NCBI GenBank assembly: GCA_942492595.1
Contig: CALOFK010000003.1
Coordinates: 677,554 to 741,553, forward strand
DNA: 64,000 nucleotides
Direction: 5' to 3'
From: an uncultured Marinilabiliaceae bacterium
Lineage (GTDB): Bacteria > Bacteroidota > Bacteroidia > Bacteroidales > VadinHA17
Shown here in pieces: positions 45,040 through 54,626 of this stretch; the first letter of the stretch is position 1, and every line of letters starts with the position of its first letter. The position numbers were made by a program, and so were the translations under genes. The notes beneath the pieces were generated by a model. That model was given only the letters and a program-made list of their open reading frames with translations. It did not search any database and had not been told where the DNA came from.

Positions 45040-46155
45040 CTACCTGAGAACCACCTCAAATATTTTTGACCAGTGTTTCCCGGTTATAAACATTCTTTTA
45101 TTTTCGCTATCCCAGGCAATACCATTTAGTACTTCTTCAGAGTCGAGGTTCTTATCATATCTATCGATTATCCCTGAAAGATCGTAGTATGCAAGTACTT
45201 TTCCAGTGGCCGGATCAATACTGGCAATAAGGTTGCTGGTAAAAATATTTGCCCAGAGAACGCCATTTATATATTCGAGCTCATTTAGCTGGTATACAGC
45301 TTTCTGATTATCATAGACCTCAAATGATGAAATAACGGTAAAATATTCTGGTTCAAGTATATAAATCTTATTTGTGCCATCACTCATAAATAAATTATGC
45401 CCATCGGTGGTAAGTCCCCATCCCTGGGTATCATAGTGTATGGTATTAATCTGTGTAAAAGAATCAGCATCATAAACGAATCCGGTATTTTTTAACCAGG
45501 TAAGCTGATAAAACCTGCCATCCAGATAAGCCAGTCCTTCGCCAAAGAATTTATTATCAAGCTTATGCTGCATCAGCACCTCGCCTGTTTCAATATCCAC
45601 CTTTCTCAGGGTAGATTGTCCTTCCTTACCGGTACTCTCATAGAAGTAATCATTATAGACCAGCAGCCCCTGGGTATAAGCCTCCTTATCATGGGGATAG
45701 GTATTTATAACTCGATAAGACCCTGTAGTCGGAGTAATATCAGAAAGCATAAGGATAAATCGTGTAAGAGTATGTGGCCTTTCAGACCCTGAATAAGCAA
45801 TTGCCTTAAGTGGAATTCTGCCCAGCCTTGACTGGTCGGTACTTATTTTATACTCCCATGGTCCATCATAAAGTGTTTTTATCAGAGATCCGTCGTAATA
45901 AAGTCGGATCGAGTCTGGTCGCTCCTCTCCCAGGAGCGACAATGAAAACTCAATCTCGTCACCCGACTTAAAGTTCTGGTTATCCGACGGCTTATCGATT
46001 TTTATCAGTTTTGCCGCAACCATCACTTCACTGGAATTTGATTTATTACCTCCTTCAGCAGGTTTAACAGAGCTATTGCCCCTGCATGAAAAACCTGAAA
46101 AAATCCCAAAAGGAACCATTATCACAAAAAACAATCTTAAATAAGATATTTTCAT
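45040..46155 (-). CDS. Glutaminyl-peptide cyclotransferase (beta-propeller, plant/bacterial type) with N-terminal extra domain; lipoprotein
   Basis: It has YPHDKEAYTQGLLVYNDYFYESTGKEGQSTLRKVDIETGEVL and a GIAWD...FITGKHW pattern. The signal ends FSGFS/C. An additional ~110 aa precede the cyclase domain. Confidence 0.85.
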   Translation of the reverse strand: MKISYLRLFFVIMVPFGIFSGFSCRGNSSVKPAEGGNKSNSSEVMVAAKLIKIDKPSDNQNFKSGDEIEFSLSLLGEERPDSIRLYYDGSLIKTLYDGPWEYKISTDQSRLGRIPLKAIAYSGSERPHTLTRFILMLSDITPTTGSYRVINTYPHDKEAYTQGLLVYNDYFYESTGKEGQSTLRKVDIETGEVLMQHKLDNKFFGEGLAYLDGRFYQLTWLKNTGFVYDADSFTQINTIHYDTQGWGLTTDGHNLFMSDGTNKIYILEPEYFTVISSFEVYDNQKAVYQLNELEYINGVLWANIFTSNLIASIDPATGKVLAYYDLSGIIDRYDKNLDSEEVLNGIAWDSENKRMFITGKHWSKIFEVVLR

Positions 46156-46156
46156 C

Positions 46157-46597
46157 TCACAAACTTTTTCTTTTACCTAATAATCTGGAAAATAGCGATC
46201 CTCTCCTGTTCAGTAACCTTTCCGTTTCCTTTTCACGCATCTCGTACAGACTCAGATCCTGCCAAATTTCACTCCATCCCCTAAATCCACCTACATTCTT
46301 ATCGTCGATAAATACATCCGCATTTACCTTCCTGCTTATCGATTCATTATAAACTTCTTCAGGGTAGTTCTTATTTATAGCATAAAACTCAATCCCTTTA
46401 GAGAGGCAATATTCAACTGCCTCATCCAATTCTTTCCCGGCCCTGAAGGTCCATAAGATTAACAGAGCTCCATTCTTCTGAAGTTCCTTCAGGGTCTCAA
46501 AAGCAAATAAAAGATCCTTTCCAATTTCAGGATACTCATGTTCAACAATAGTGCCATCAAAATCGACTGCTATTTTAAGATTCTTAAGGTGCTCCAT
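46157..46597 (-). CDS. Small HAD-like hydrolase-fold protein
   Basis: It has the N-terminal motif KIAVDFDGTIV (DxDGT) and a late FIDDK. It lies 1 nt upstream of the glutaminyl cyclase gene. Confidence 0.6.
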   Translation of the reverse strand: MEHLKNLKIAVDFDGTIVEHEYPEIGKDLLFAFETLKELQKNGALLILWTFRAGKELDEAVEYCLSKGIEFYAINKNYPEEVYNESISRKVNADVFIDDKNVGGFRGWSEIWQDLSLYEMREKETERLLNRRGSLFSRLLGKRKSL

Positions 46598-46692
46598 TCA
46601 GATATATATATGTGTAAAAATAACCAAATTGACCAGATTCCTGAAATTTATCTTAATTTTACTCTCCAGGTTATTTCAGCAACAAAGATTAA

Positions 46693-47391
46693 ATGAAAAA
46701 GCATATTCCTAACCTTCTGACCTTATTAAATCTGGCATCCGGATTTATTGCTATAATATTTATTACAAGAGGTGAAGTGTTAATAGCTGCATGGATACTT
46801 GGCGTTGCTCTGGTATTTGATTTTATGGATGGACTGGCTGCCAGGTTTTTGAATGCAGGGTCTGAACTTGGAGTACAACTCGACAGCCTTGCAGATCTTG
46901 TTAGTTTTGGTGTTGCTCCCGGACTGATGATGCATCATCTTATACTTACAGGAAATGGCGCCGAAGAGTTTAAAAACTATCTTATCTGGCTTCCTATTAT
47001 TATACCCGTTTTATCAGGACTGAGACTGGCTATTTTTAATCTAGATGATTCACAGACAGATTCTTTCAGAGGATTGCCAACACCTGCAAATGCTATCTTT
47101 ATTATTGGACTGATTATAACAAGTGAATTGTCAGAAAGCCAGATTATAGAAACTCTTTACTCATCTAGATGGGTGCTCAGTTTCTTTACTCTCTGTTTTT
47201 CTGTTCTAATGGTTACCAGGATCCCGATGTTTTCACTGAAGGTAAAGCACCTCAGGTTTAAAGGAAATGAATTAAGGTTTATTTTCATCCTTTTAACTAT
47301 AATGCTTGCAGCCGGGACAGGTATTGATTCTATACCCCTGATAATTATTCTCTACGTTACCGTATCAATCAGTCACGGCCTTATCAGCTGA
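46693..47391 (+). CDS. pssA: CDP-diacylglycerol--serine O-phosphatidyltransferase (CDP-alcohol phosphatidyltransferase family)
   Basis: It has the motif DFMDGLAARFLNAGSELGVQLDSLADLVSFGVAP (D-G-x2-A-R-x8-G-x3-D-x3-D) and multiple TMs. Confidence 0.88.
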   Translation: MKKHIPNLLTLLNLASGFIAIIFITRGEVLIAAWILGVALVFDFMDGLAARFLNAGSELGVQLDSLADLVSFGVAPGLMMHHLILTGNGAEEFKNYLIWLPIIIPVLSGLRLAIFNLDDSQTDSFRGLPTPANAIFIIGLIITSELSESQIIETLYSSRWVLSFFTLCFSVLMVTRIPMFSLKVKHLRFKGNELRFIFILLTIMLAAGTGIDSIPLIIILYVTVSISHGLIS

Positions 47392-48489
47392 GCCGTTTGC
47401 AGCCTTCTTCTTTGTAATCATTACTTCCGTCTGTCTCCTTATTGATTCCTGGTGTAGATGCTTAAGCAGCTGTTCCATAAACCTTGTATCCAGATCTACT
47501 CTATTTCCATGCTCAGTTCTTGTTTTAAGTATCTCAAGCCACCTGTCCATCTGCAAAACCGATACATTATTACTGAACTTATACTCGGCTATCCTTTCTA
47601 TTATCTTCATCCTCTCACTTAATAGCTCAACAAACTGGTGATCGATTGAATCGACCTGGTTCCTGAGCTCTTCAAGGTCATCCAGAAATCCCGGGTCGTC
47701 GAACCGGGGCTTTCTTATTACCAGCCTTTCGATAAGCTCATTATATTGGATGGGAGTAATCTGCTGATTACAATCGCTTAATGCGCTGGATGGATCGGAA
47801 TGCACCTCTACCATCAAACCATCCATATTAAGGTCCATTGCCTTCTGCGACACTTCATATACCAATGATGAATCACCACTTATATGACTGGGGTCGCATA
47901 GTAGTGGAATATTATTTATCCGTCTTCTCAATTCAATGGGTATCTCCCACTTGGGCATATTCCTGTAGAGGGTGCGTTCAAAAGGTGAAAATCCGCGATG
48001 TATCGCCGCGATCTTACTTATTCCGGCACCATAGATCCTTTCAATTGCTCCAATCCATAAATCAATATCAGGATTAAGAGGGTTCTTAATAAATATAGGC
48101 ATATCAACACCCTGTAGCGACCTTGCAATCTCATCTACTGAAAAAGGATTTGAGACAGTCCTTGCCCCTATCCATAATATATCAATACCTGCCTCAATAC
48201 ACTGCTCCACATGCTTGGCCGAAGCCGCTTCAACAGCAATACGGAAACCAAATTCCTGCTTCACATTAGCCAGCCACTTCAATCCTTTCTGGCCCACTCC
48301 GCTGAATGATCCGGGACGCGTCCGTGGCTTCCATATACCCGCTCTAAATACCGCCGGCGATATCCCTGCACTTAGTGCAGAGGCAATCTCCATAAGCTGC
48401 TTTTCAGACTCAGCACTACAGGGTCCGGCAATAAAAAACGGACCCCTGTTAAAGTTATCAAACCAATTTTCTATAGGAACAATATTCAT
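47365..48489 (-). CDS. Bifunctional 3-deoxy-7-phosphoheptulonate (DAHP) synthase / chorismate mutase
   Basis: The N-terminal ~270 aa are type I-beta DAHPS/KDO8PS-like (IAGPCSAES...PRT...FRG...CDPSH). The C-terminal ~90 aa are AroQ chorismate mutase-like (IDHQFVELLSERMKIIERIAEYK). Confidence 0.88.
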   Translation of the reverse strand: MNIVPIENWFDNFNRGPFFIAGPCSAESEKQLMEIASALSAGISPAVFRAGIWKPRTRPGSFSGVGQKGLKWLANVKQEFGFRIAVEAASAKHVEQCIEAGIDILWIGARTVSNPFSVDEIARSLQGVDMPIFIKNPLNPDIDLWIGAIERIYGAGISKIAAIHRGFSPFERTLYRNMPKWEIPIELRRRINNIPLLCDPSHISGDSSLVYEVSQKAMDLNMDGLMVEVHSDPSSALSDCNQQITPIQYNELIERLVIRKPRFDDPGFLDDLEELRNQVDSIDHQFVELLSERMKIIERIAEYKFSNNVSVLQMDRWLEILKTRTEHGNRVDLDTRFMEQLLKHLHQESIRRQTEVMITKKKAANGSADKAVTD

Positions 48490-48699
48490 ACCGCGAACTT
48501 CGTGCTTAACTGTATAATTTGATAATATAATTTCAGATTGGAATAAGGCGAACTAAATATAAGAATAATCTACCAGATCGCAGGCGACAAAAACAAAGAA
48601 GTAAACACTGCAAAATGCATAATCCTAATGCCAAATTTGCACCTTGCCGAACAACAACATGTCGTTTTGTCAGTCTTTGACTCGACAACACTGCCATTA

Positions 48700-48715
48700 T
48701 GGCACCTTTGCTGCC
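48700..48715 (+). promoter_or_regulatory. Sigma-54-type -24/-12 element upstream of hsp20
   Basis: TGGCAC(48700-05)-CTTTG-CTGCC(48711-15). The -24 box is perfect and the -12 box retains TGC. The ATG at 48783 is 68 nt downstream. Confidence 0.4.
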
Positions 48716-48782
48716 CTGGTATACATATTGATATTAATAGTTTATAAAACAATAATAATTAATTAATAAGGAGGATAAAGTT

Positions 48783-49199
48783 ATGTTACCAATTAGAAGA
48801 ACTTACAAACCGATGTATATGTCGAACTTTTTTGACAATGATCTTGATACATTTTTCAAACCGGCAAGCACATTTAAGCCAGCAGTAAATGTAAGGGAAG
48901 ATGATAAAGCTTATAATATTGAACTGGCACTTCCTGGTATGTCGAAAGAAGATATTAAGATTGAGATAGAAAAGAATACTCTTATGATATCTTCTGAAAA
49001 AAATGAAAGCAAGGAAGAAGTTAGCGACTCTTATAACCTTAGGGAATTTGGCTACCAGTCATTTTGCAGAAACTTTACAATTCCGGAAAATGCAGATGCC
49101 GAGAAAATAAGTGCATCATACAAAGACGGAATACTGAATGTTGGGATTCCAAAGTCTCAAAAGGACACAAAAGTAAACAGACATATAAAGATATCGTAG
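48783..49199 (+). CDS. Hsp20/alpha-crystallin family small heat-shock protein
   Basis: It has the alpha-crystallin domain PAVNVREDDKAYNIELALPGMSKEDIKIEIEKNTLMIS...F.R.F.LP...I.A.Y.DGIL.V..PK. AAGGAGG lies 8 nt upstream of the ATG. Confidence 0.92.
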   Translation: MLPIRRTYKPMYMSNFFDNDLDTFFKPASTFKPAVNVREDDKAYNIELALPGMSKEDIKIEIEKNTLMISSEKNESKEEVSDSYNLREFGYQSFCRNFTIPENADAEKISASYKDGILNVGIPKSQKDTKVNRHIKIS

Positions 49200-49235
49200 A
49201 CTGAGTAAATAAGAATTTACGAATAGGAGAAAAGG

Positions 49236-49261
49236 CCAGCAGGAAACTGCTGGTTTTTTTA
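49236..49261. terminator. Bidirectional terminator between hsp20 and the flavodiiron gene
   Basis: CCAGCAG-GAAA-CTGCTGG (49236-49253) followed by TTTTTTTT. The T-run overlaps the stop codon of the convergent gene. Confidence 0.8.
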
Positions 49262-50479
49262 TTCGCAATTAGCCAGTTCGCTGGCGAATTTTGTCCCAAA
49301 AGCAAGCAGTTCAATACGCTTTTCTTCGTCAGGTGAGAACTTAAATTTACCGAGTTCATCCATAACGTTTAGCTTAAGGTTCTTAAGATTGCCTGCAATA
49401 ATACCTGATGCTTCTCCACTCCAGCCATATGAGCCAAAGGCTGCGGCATGCTTACCCTTGTCGCGGAGGGGATTAATTACGGCAAACAGCCTGTAAACTG
49501 GCAATAAGGTATTCTGGTTTATTGTAGGAGACCCAACAAGAAGACCATCAGCTTTTACAACTTCAGATTCAAGTTCACCAAGATCTATATTTTCAATATC
49601 AAGCAGTTTAACCTGAGTATCCGGAACTCCTTCGAGTCCAAGTTTTATTATTTCTGCCATCTCCCTGGTATAACCATATGCCGAAACATACATCAGCAAT
49701 ATATTTTTTACAGGCTTAACACTCGTAATATCAAGATATTCCTCAGCGTATTTCTTTGAAAGTTCAAGCTTTTCTTTCCATGTGGTTCTAAGTATCGGTC
49801 CGTGCCCGGGGCAAATGGCATCAATCTCCAGCGGACTTATCTTTTCAATTGCCTTAAGCATAAACCTGCTGAAGGGCCTGAGGATTACATCAAAGTAATA
49901 TTTAAACGAATCACTATAATCACCCACCTTATCATCAAACATCTCCTCATTGCAATAATGAGCTCCGAAAGAATCACAGGTAAAAAGCAGCTTATCCTCC
50001 TCAAGATATGTGTAAATTGAATCAGGCCAGTGAAGGTTAGGTGCCGCTACGAACCTTAATGTCTTGTTTCCAAGATCAAGCGTATCTCCATCTTTTACGG
50101 CAAGCGACTTAAACGAAGTGCCCACCATATCATTCAGGTACCTTATAGCGTTTCCACTTCCAACAACAACAGCATCAGGGGCAAGCTTAAGTAAATGCTT
50201 TAATGATCCGGAGTGATCCGGTTCCGTATGGTTTAAGATGATATACTCTATATCTGAGGGATCGGTAACAGAGCTAAGTTTCCTGAGATAGGTATCATGG
50301 AATTTCTCCTTTGCCGTTTCAATAACAGCTTTCTTCTCGGCATTTATAAAGTATGAATTATATGTTGTTCCATACTCTGTTTCCATAACGATATCAAAAG
50401 TTACTATCTCATAATCAAGGATTCCTATCCATTTTACATCATCCGTTACATTATGTATCCTGTTATCAACTCTGTTCAT
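49259..50479 (-). CDS. FprA-type flavodiiron protein (metallo-beta-lactamase-like diiron domain + flavodoxin domain)
   Basis: 406 aa with the diiron motif NHTEPDHSG. The C-terminal flavodoxin-like part has [17 protein letters not shown] and GSPTINQN. Confidence 0.9.
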   Translation of the reverse strand: MNRVDNRIHNVTDDVKWIGILDYEIVTFDIVMETEYGTTYNSYFINAEKKAVIETAKEKFHDTYLRKLSSVTDPSDIEYIILNHTEPDHSGSLKHLLKLAPDAVVVGSGNAIRYLNDMVGTSFKSLAVKDGDTLDLGNKTLRFVAAPNLHWPDSIYTYLEEDKLLFTCDSFGAHYCNEEMFDDKVGDYSDSFKYYFDVILRPFSRFMLKAIEKISPLEIDAICPGHGPILRTTWKEKLELSKKYAEEYLDITSVKPVKNILLMYVSAYGYTREMAEIIKLGLEGVPDTQVKLLDIENIDLGELESEVVKADGLLVGSPTINQNTLLPVYRLFAVINPLRDKGKHAAAFGSYGWSGEASGIIAGNLKNLKLNVMDELGKFKFSPDEEKRIELLAFGTKFASELANCE

Positions 50480-50493
50480 GTTAAATGCTTTAA

Positions 50494-51153
50494 TTAAAAG
50501 TCTGATGATATTTTAGTTATTCCTGATCGCATAGAATCACCTAAGATGGCATCTATCTTTGTGCCGATTGGTAATAAGAGGTCAACTCTTGACCCAAACT
50601 TAATAAATCCAAGCTCCTCACCCTGTTCAATCCTGTCGCCCACATTCGGGTAAGTTACTATTCTTCGGGCAACTGCTCCGGCAATCTGCCTTAGCATAAT
50701 CTCGGTGCCCTGATCGTTTCTTATAACAAGTGTAGAACGCTCATTTAACTCAGACGATTTGGGATGCCATGCAAGCAGGAATTTCCCGGGGTGATATTTA
50801 TAATATATCAGCTCTCCTGAGAGAGGGCTCCTGTTACTGTGGACATTATAAGGGGACATAAAAATTGATACCTGGAGGCGCTTATCTTTAAAATATTCAT
50901 TCTCCATAGTCTCCTCTACTACTACAAGTCTTCCATCTGCCGGGGCATACAATATTTTATTGTCTTTATCAATAATTCTAAGAGGGCTTCTGAAAAACTG
51001 GGTAAAATAAGTCATTATAAGCAATGATACTGCTACAACAGCACCCATACTCCATGATCTAAGTCCGACAAGCAGAAATAAGACCATGTTAAGAACAAAC
51101 AAGCTTATTACAACAAATAATAATGTACTATATCCTTCCCTGTGTATTTTCAT
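50494..51153 (-). CDS. psd: Phosphatidylserine decarboxylase proenzyme (short Bacteroidota/archaetidylserine-type)
   Basis: It has N-terminal TMs and the self-cleavage region [14 protein letters not shown]. It lies between cdsA and the flavodiiron gene. Confidence 0.88.
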   Translation of the reverse strand: MKIHREGYSTLLFVVISLFVLNMVLFLLVGLRSWSMGAVVAVSLLIMTYFTQFFRSPLRIIDKDNKILYAPADGRLVVVEETMENEYFKDKRLQVSIFMSPYNVHSNRSPLSGELIYYKYHPGKFLLAWHPKSSELNERSTLVIRNDQGTEIMLRQIAGAVARRIVTYPNVGDRIEQGEELGFIKFGSRVDLLLPIGTKIDAILGDSMRSGITKISSDF

Positions 51154-51182
51154 CAGGCACAAAACTAATCAACTGTTATGAA

Positions 51183-52004
51183 TCAACCAAAAAATGTAAC
51201 TAAGAGGTAGAGTGCAGGAAAGGCAAATGTTACTCCATCAAAGCGATCGAGGAAGCCTCCATGACCGGGAAGTATTGATCCCGAATCCTTAATGCCATAC
51301 TCTCGTTTTATCTGCGACTCAAAAAGGTCTCCAAATGTTCCGAAAACAGAGACAATTAATCCTGTCATTACCCAGAAATACTGTTCAAAAGATCCCAATA
51401 ACTTTCCCACGAGTAAGGCTGCAATTATAGTAAGCAAAGCTCCTCCTGCAAATCCCTCCCATGTCTTTTTAGGAGATATTCTTTCAAATAATTTATGTCG
51501 CCCAAATGCAACTCCAAAAAGGTAGGCACCTGTATCGTTAATCCATAACAGAACAAAAAATGCAGCAACCAATTCCGGAGAAAAACCTGACAAGCCATCA
51601 CCTGAACCAAAAGCTGATAATGCCATAAACATGTAAGGCATAGTTGTGTAAACAACTATCAGAAGTACTTTAGACAGCGACGTAAAATGATCTTTACCCC
51701 TGTTATATAGTTCTGAAATAAGAATCAGTATAATTATTAATACTAAAAGTAGAAGAGTTGATTCAGGAAAGATATTAGCTGCAATTAAGGGTGCAGCAAG
51801 GTAGAGAGGTATGGAAATCAATAAGCTTTTAAGCAGGTATTTATTATTGCCTCCTGCAAATAATATGCGTCCGAGTTCGATCTGCGAACCAACTATAATT
51901 GCAAGAAACAATAAAATAAAAGTAAGAGGATGAATTATTATTCCACCCATTACTATAAGTACGATAAAAAATCCTGTTAATGTTCGTGTCAGGAAGTTAC
52001 TCAA
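51183..52004 (-). CDS. cdsA: Phosphatidate cytidylyltransferase (CDP-diglyceride synthase)
   Basis: It has the C-terminal signature SQIKREYGIKDSGSILPGHGGFLDRFDG. It has multiple TMs and an apparent TTG start. Confidence 0.9.
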   Translation of the reverse strand: MSNFLTRTLTGFFIVLIVMGGIIIHPLTFILLFLAIIVGSQIELGRILFAGGNNKYLLKSLLISIPLYLAAPLIAANIFPESTLLLLVLIIILILISELYNRGKDHFTSLSKVLLIVVYTTMPYMFMALSAFGSGDGLSGFSPELVAAFFVLLWINDTGAYLFGVAFGRHKLFERISPKKTWEGFAGGALLTIIAALLVGKLLGSFEQYFWVMTGLIVSVFGTFGDLFESQIKREYGIKDSGSILPGHGGFLDRFDGVTFAFPALYLLVTFFG

Positions 52005-52016
52005 AACAGCCAGTTT

Positions 52017-54071
52017 TTAAGATTCCTTTTTCTTCTTCGCAGTTCGAGGAGCTTTCGTTGCAGCTTTTGGCTTCTCTTTTTCGGCAGCCTCTTTAGCAAT
52101 ATCGCCGGCTCTTTTACCAAATACCTTTTCAAGGTCTTCACTGAAGATCACTTCCCTTTCGAGCAAGAGATTTGCAAGTTCTTCGAGTCCTTTTCTGTTA
52201 TTCTTAAGCACCTCTTTAGCTCTTTCGTAAGACTGACTTACAATACGTTTTGCCTCAGCATCAATAAGTTCTGCTGTTTTTTCACTGTAAGGCTTTGTAA
52301 ATCCATATTCATTCTGACCTGAAGAATCGTAGAAGCTTAGATTACCTACTTCAGGACTCATTCCGAAATATGAAACCATAGCATATGCTTGCTTTGTAAC
52401 CTTCTCAAGATCGTTAAGTGCACCTGTAGATATTTTTCCAAACACTATTTCTTCAGAAGCTCTTCCCCCAAGTGCGTATGCCAGTTCGTCAAGAATCTGT
52501 TCCTGGGTGGTAAGAGATCTCTCCTCGGGAAGATACCATGCCGCTCCAAGTGCTCGGCCCCTGGGTATTATTGTTACTTTAACCAGCGGACTGGCATACT
52601 TTAACAACCAGCTTACCGTTGCATGACCAGCTTCATGAAAAGCAATAGTTTTCTTCTCCTCAATTGAAATAATCTTATTCTTTCTTTCCAGTCCACCAAT
52701 AATTCGATCTACAGCATCCAGAAAATCCTGCTTTCCTACCATTTTCTTATTCTTCCTGGCTGCTATCAAAGCAGCCTCATTGCACACATTAGCAATATCA
52801 GCACCTGAAAATCCGGGGGTCTGCTTGGCAATAAAATCAATATCAAAGTTCTTAGGCAACTTGATGGGCCTCAGGTGAACCTTAAAAATTTCTCTCCTCT
52901 CGTTCAGGTCAGGTAATTCCACATGAATCTGCCTGTCGAATCTGCCTGCTCTGAGCAAAGCCCTGTCGAGCACATCGGCCCTGTTTGTTGCTGCCAGAAT
53001 TATTACGCCAATATTTGTTCCGAACCCATCCATCTCGGTAAGTAACTGATTAAGGGTATTTTCCCTTTCGTCGTTAGCTCCAAAGTTAGCATTCCTTCCT
53101 CTGGCCCTTCCAACGGCGTCTATCTCATCAATAAATACTATACAGGGTGCCTTTTCTTTAGCCTGCTTAAAAAGGTCTCTTACACGTGAAGCGCCTACTC
53201 CAACAAACATTTCAACAAAATCAGAACCAGATATTGAGAAGAATGGAACATTGGCTTCACCGGCAACAGCTTTAGCCATTAATGTTTTACCTGTTCCGGG
53301 AGGTCCTACAAGTAATGCTCCCTTAGGTATTTTACCTCCCAGAGAAGTGTATTTTTTGGGGTTTTTAAGGAAATCGACAATCTCCATTATTTCAGTCTTT
53401 GCCTCTTCCAGTCCCGCTACGTCTTTAAAGTTAATTTTAACATTTGTATCCTTATCGAAGATCTGGGCTTTTGACTTGCCAACACTAAAAATATTACCAG
53501 CTCCACCGCCAGCACCTCCACCACCAGCCATTCTACGAAAGATAAACACCCAGATAAGTAAAATAATTACAAATGGCAGTATCCAGCCAAGGATATCTCC
53601 CATATAATTCCTTCTTGTTTCATAAGAAGGATGTATCCTCTCAGACTGTGAATAATCGGCCCTATCCTGTACCTCGGATAATTGCTTGTCGAATAGCTCA
53701 ACAGATGCGATATTATAAATAAAATTAGGTCCTACCTGACCCATACTAAAGGGATTGCTCCCTCCTGAGGCTTCAGGGTATCTTCCGGATTCTACAGCCT
53801 CCGGTTTAAGATATAGTTCTGCCTTATCCTTATTTACCACTACTATCCTTTCGATGTCACGATTATTAATCATCATCTCGACATCACCCCATTCCATAGA
53901 TTTAGTAAGGTTTCTGCCTCCGAAAAGAAGGTTTATCCCTATAAAACCAAGGGCCAGGGCTGCCAGAATCCAGTTTAAATTGAATTTCGGCTTACCATCC
54001 TTGCCATCCTTACCATCCTTTGGACCATTCTTTCCCAGCCTGGGATTATTATTATTACTCTTCTCTGCCAT
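52017..54071 (-). CDS. ftsH: ATP-dependent zinc metalloprotease FtsH
   Basis: It has Walker A GPPGTGKT, Walker [10 protein letters not shown], the SRH region and the zinc site HEAGHA. Length is 684 aa. Confidence 0.97.
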   Translation of the reverse strand: MAEKSNNNNPRLGKNGPKDGKDGKDGKPKFNLNWILAALALGFIGINLLFGGRNLTKSMEWGDVEMMINNRDIERIVVVNKDKAELYLKPEAVESGRYPEASGGSNPFSMGQVGPNFIYNIASVELFDKQLSEVQDRADYSQSERIHPSYETRRNYMGDILGWILPFVIILLIWVFIFRRMAGGGGAGGGAGNIFSVGKSKAQIFDKDTNVKINFKDVAGLEEAKTEIMEIVDFLKNPKKYTSLGGKIPKGALLVGPPGTGKTLMAKAVAGEANVPFFSISGSDFVEMFVGVGASRVRDLFKQAKEKAPCIVFIDEIDAVGRARGRNANFGANDERENTLNQLLTEMDGFGTNIGVIILAATNRADVLDRALLRAGRFDRQIHVELPDLNERREIFKVHLRPIKLPKNFDIDFIAKQTPGFSGADIANVCNEAALIAARKNKKMVGKQDFLDAVDRIIGGLERKNKIISIEEKKTIAFHEAGHATVSWLLKYASPLVKVTIIPRGRALGAAWYLPEERSLTTQEQILDELAYALGGRASEEIVFGKISTGALNDLEKVTKQAYAMVSYFGMSPEVGNLSFYDSSGQNEYGFTKPYSEKTAELIDAEAKRIVSQSYERAKEVLKNNRKGLEELANLLLEREVIFSEDLEKVFGKRAGDIAKEAAEKEKPKAATKAPRTAKKKKES

Positions 54072-54083
54072 TTCTTAAAACTC

Positions 54084-54461
54084 TTAATTTTTTTTACTGT
54101 CAACAATATTTTCAATCTCCGCATCTGCCCAGAGTCCTTCAAGGTTATAAAACCTTCTATACTCTTCCATAAAGATATGAACAATAACATTTCCATAATC
54201 AAGTAAAACCCAGAAGCAATTATCCAATCCTTCCTTATGTATGGGGCGTTCACCACTGAGCGACTTAACCTTTGCAATCACTGATTCTGCAATAGAATCT
54301 ACCTGTGTTCCGGATTGTGCATCAGTAATAATAAAGTAATCACAAACTGAACTCTCCAGTTTGCCCATCCCTACTTTTACAACATTGTTCCCGCTCTTTT
54401 CAAATATCCCTTCAATTATATTCTCTACAAGCTGCGTAGTATCATCTTTCTTTTTGCTCAT
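54084..54461 (-). CDS. rsfS: Ribosome silencing factor RsfS (Iojap family)
   Basis: 125 aa with the pattern CDYFIITDAQSGTQVDSIAESV...WVLLDYGNVIVHIF..E.R.FY.LE.LW. Confidence 0.9.
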   Translation of the reverse strand: MSKKKDDTTQLVENIIEGIFEKSGNNVVKVGMGKLESSVCDYFIITDAQSGTQVDSIAESVIAKVKSLSGERPIHKEGLDNCFWVLLDYGNVIVHIFMEEYRRFYNLEGLWADAEIENIVDSKKN

Positions 54462-54545
54462 CTAGCTTCTTACTGTATTATAGAAAAAATTCATCAACGA
54501 AAGTACAAACATTTATTATTACTTTTGCTGAGCTATTATCTTTTT

Positions 54546-54561
54546 TACAATTACAGTGCCA
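54546..54561 (-). promoter_or_regulatory. Sigma-54-like -24/-12 element upstream of rsfS-ftsH operon (imperfect -12)
   Basis: The minus strand reads TGGCAC-TGTAA-TTGTA. The -24 box is perfect, but the -12 box has GT instead of the conserved GC. It is 85 nt upstream of the rsfS ATG at 54461. Confidence 0.3.
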
Positions 54562-54626
54562 TTCTGTACGCCAGGATGTATTAGAATAAATAGCAAATCT
54601 ATTTTGGTGATAAACAGCTGAATAAC

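Noticed and set aside
53251-54078. Plus-strand ORFs of 118 and 107 aa within ftsH
   Set aside because: They are antisense to FtsH, including its Gly-rich and Lys/Gly-rich segments, and their P/A/S-rich translations are typical shadow ORFs.
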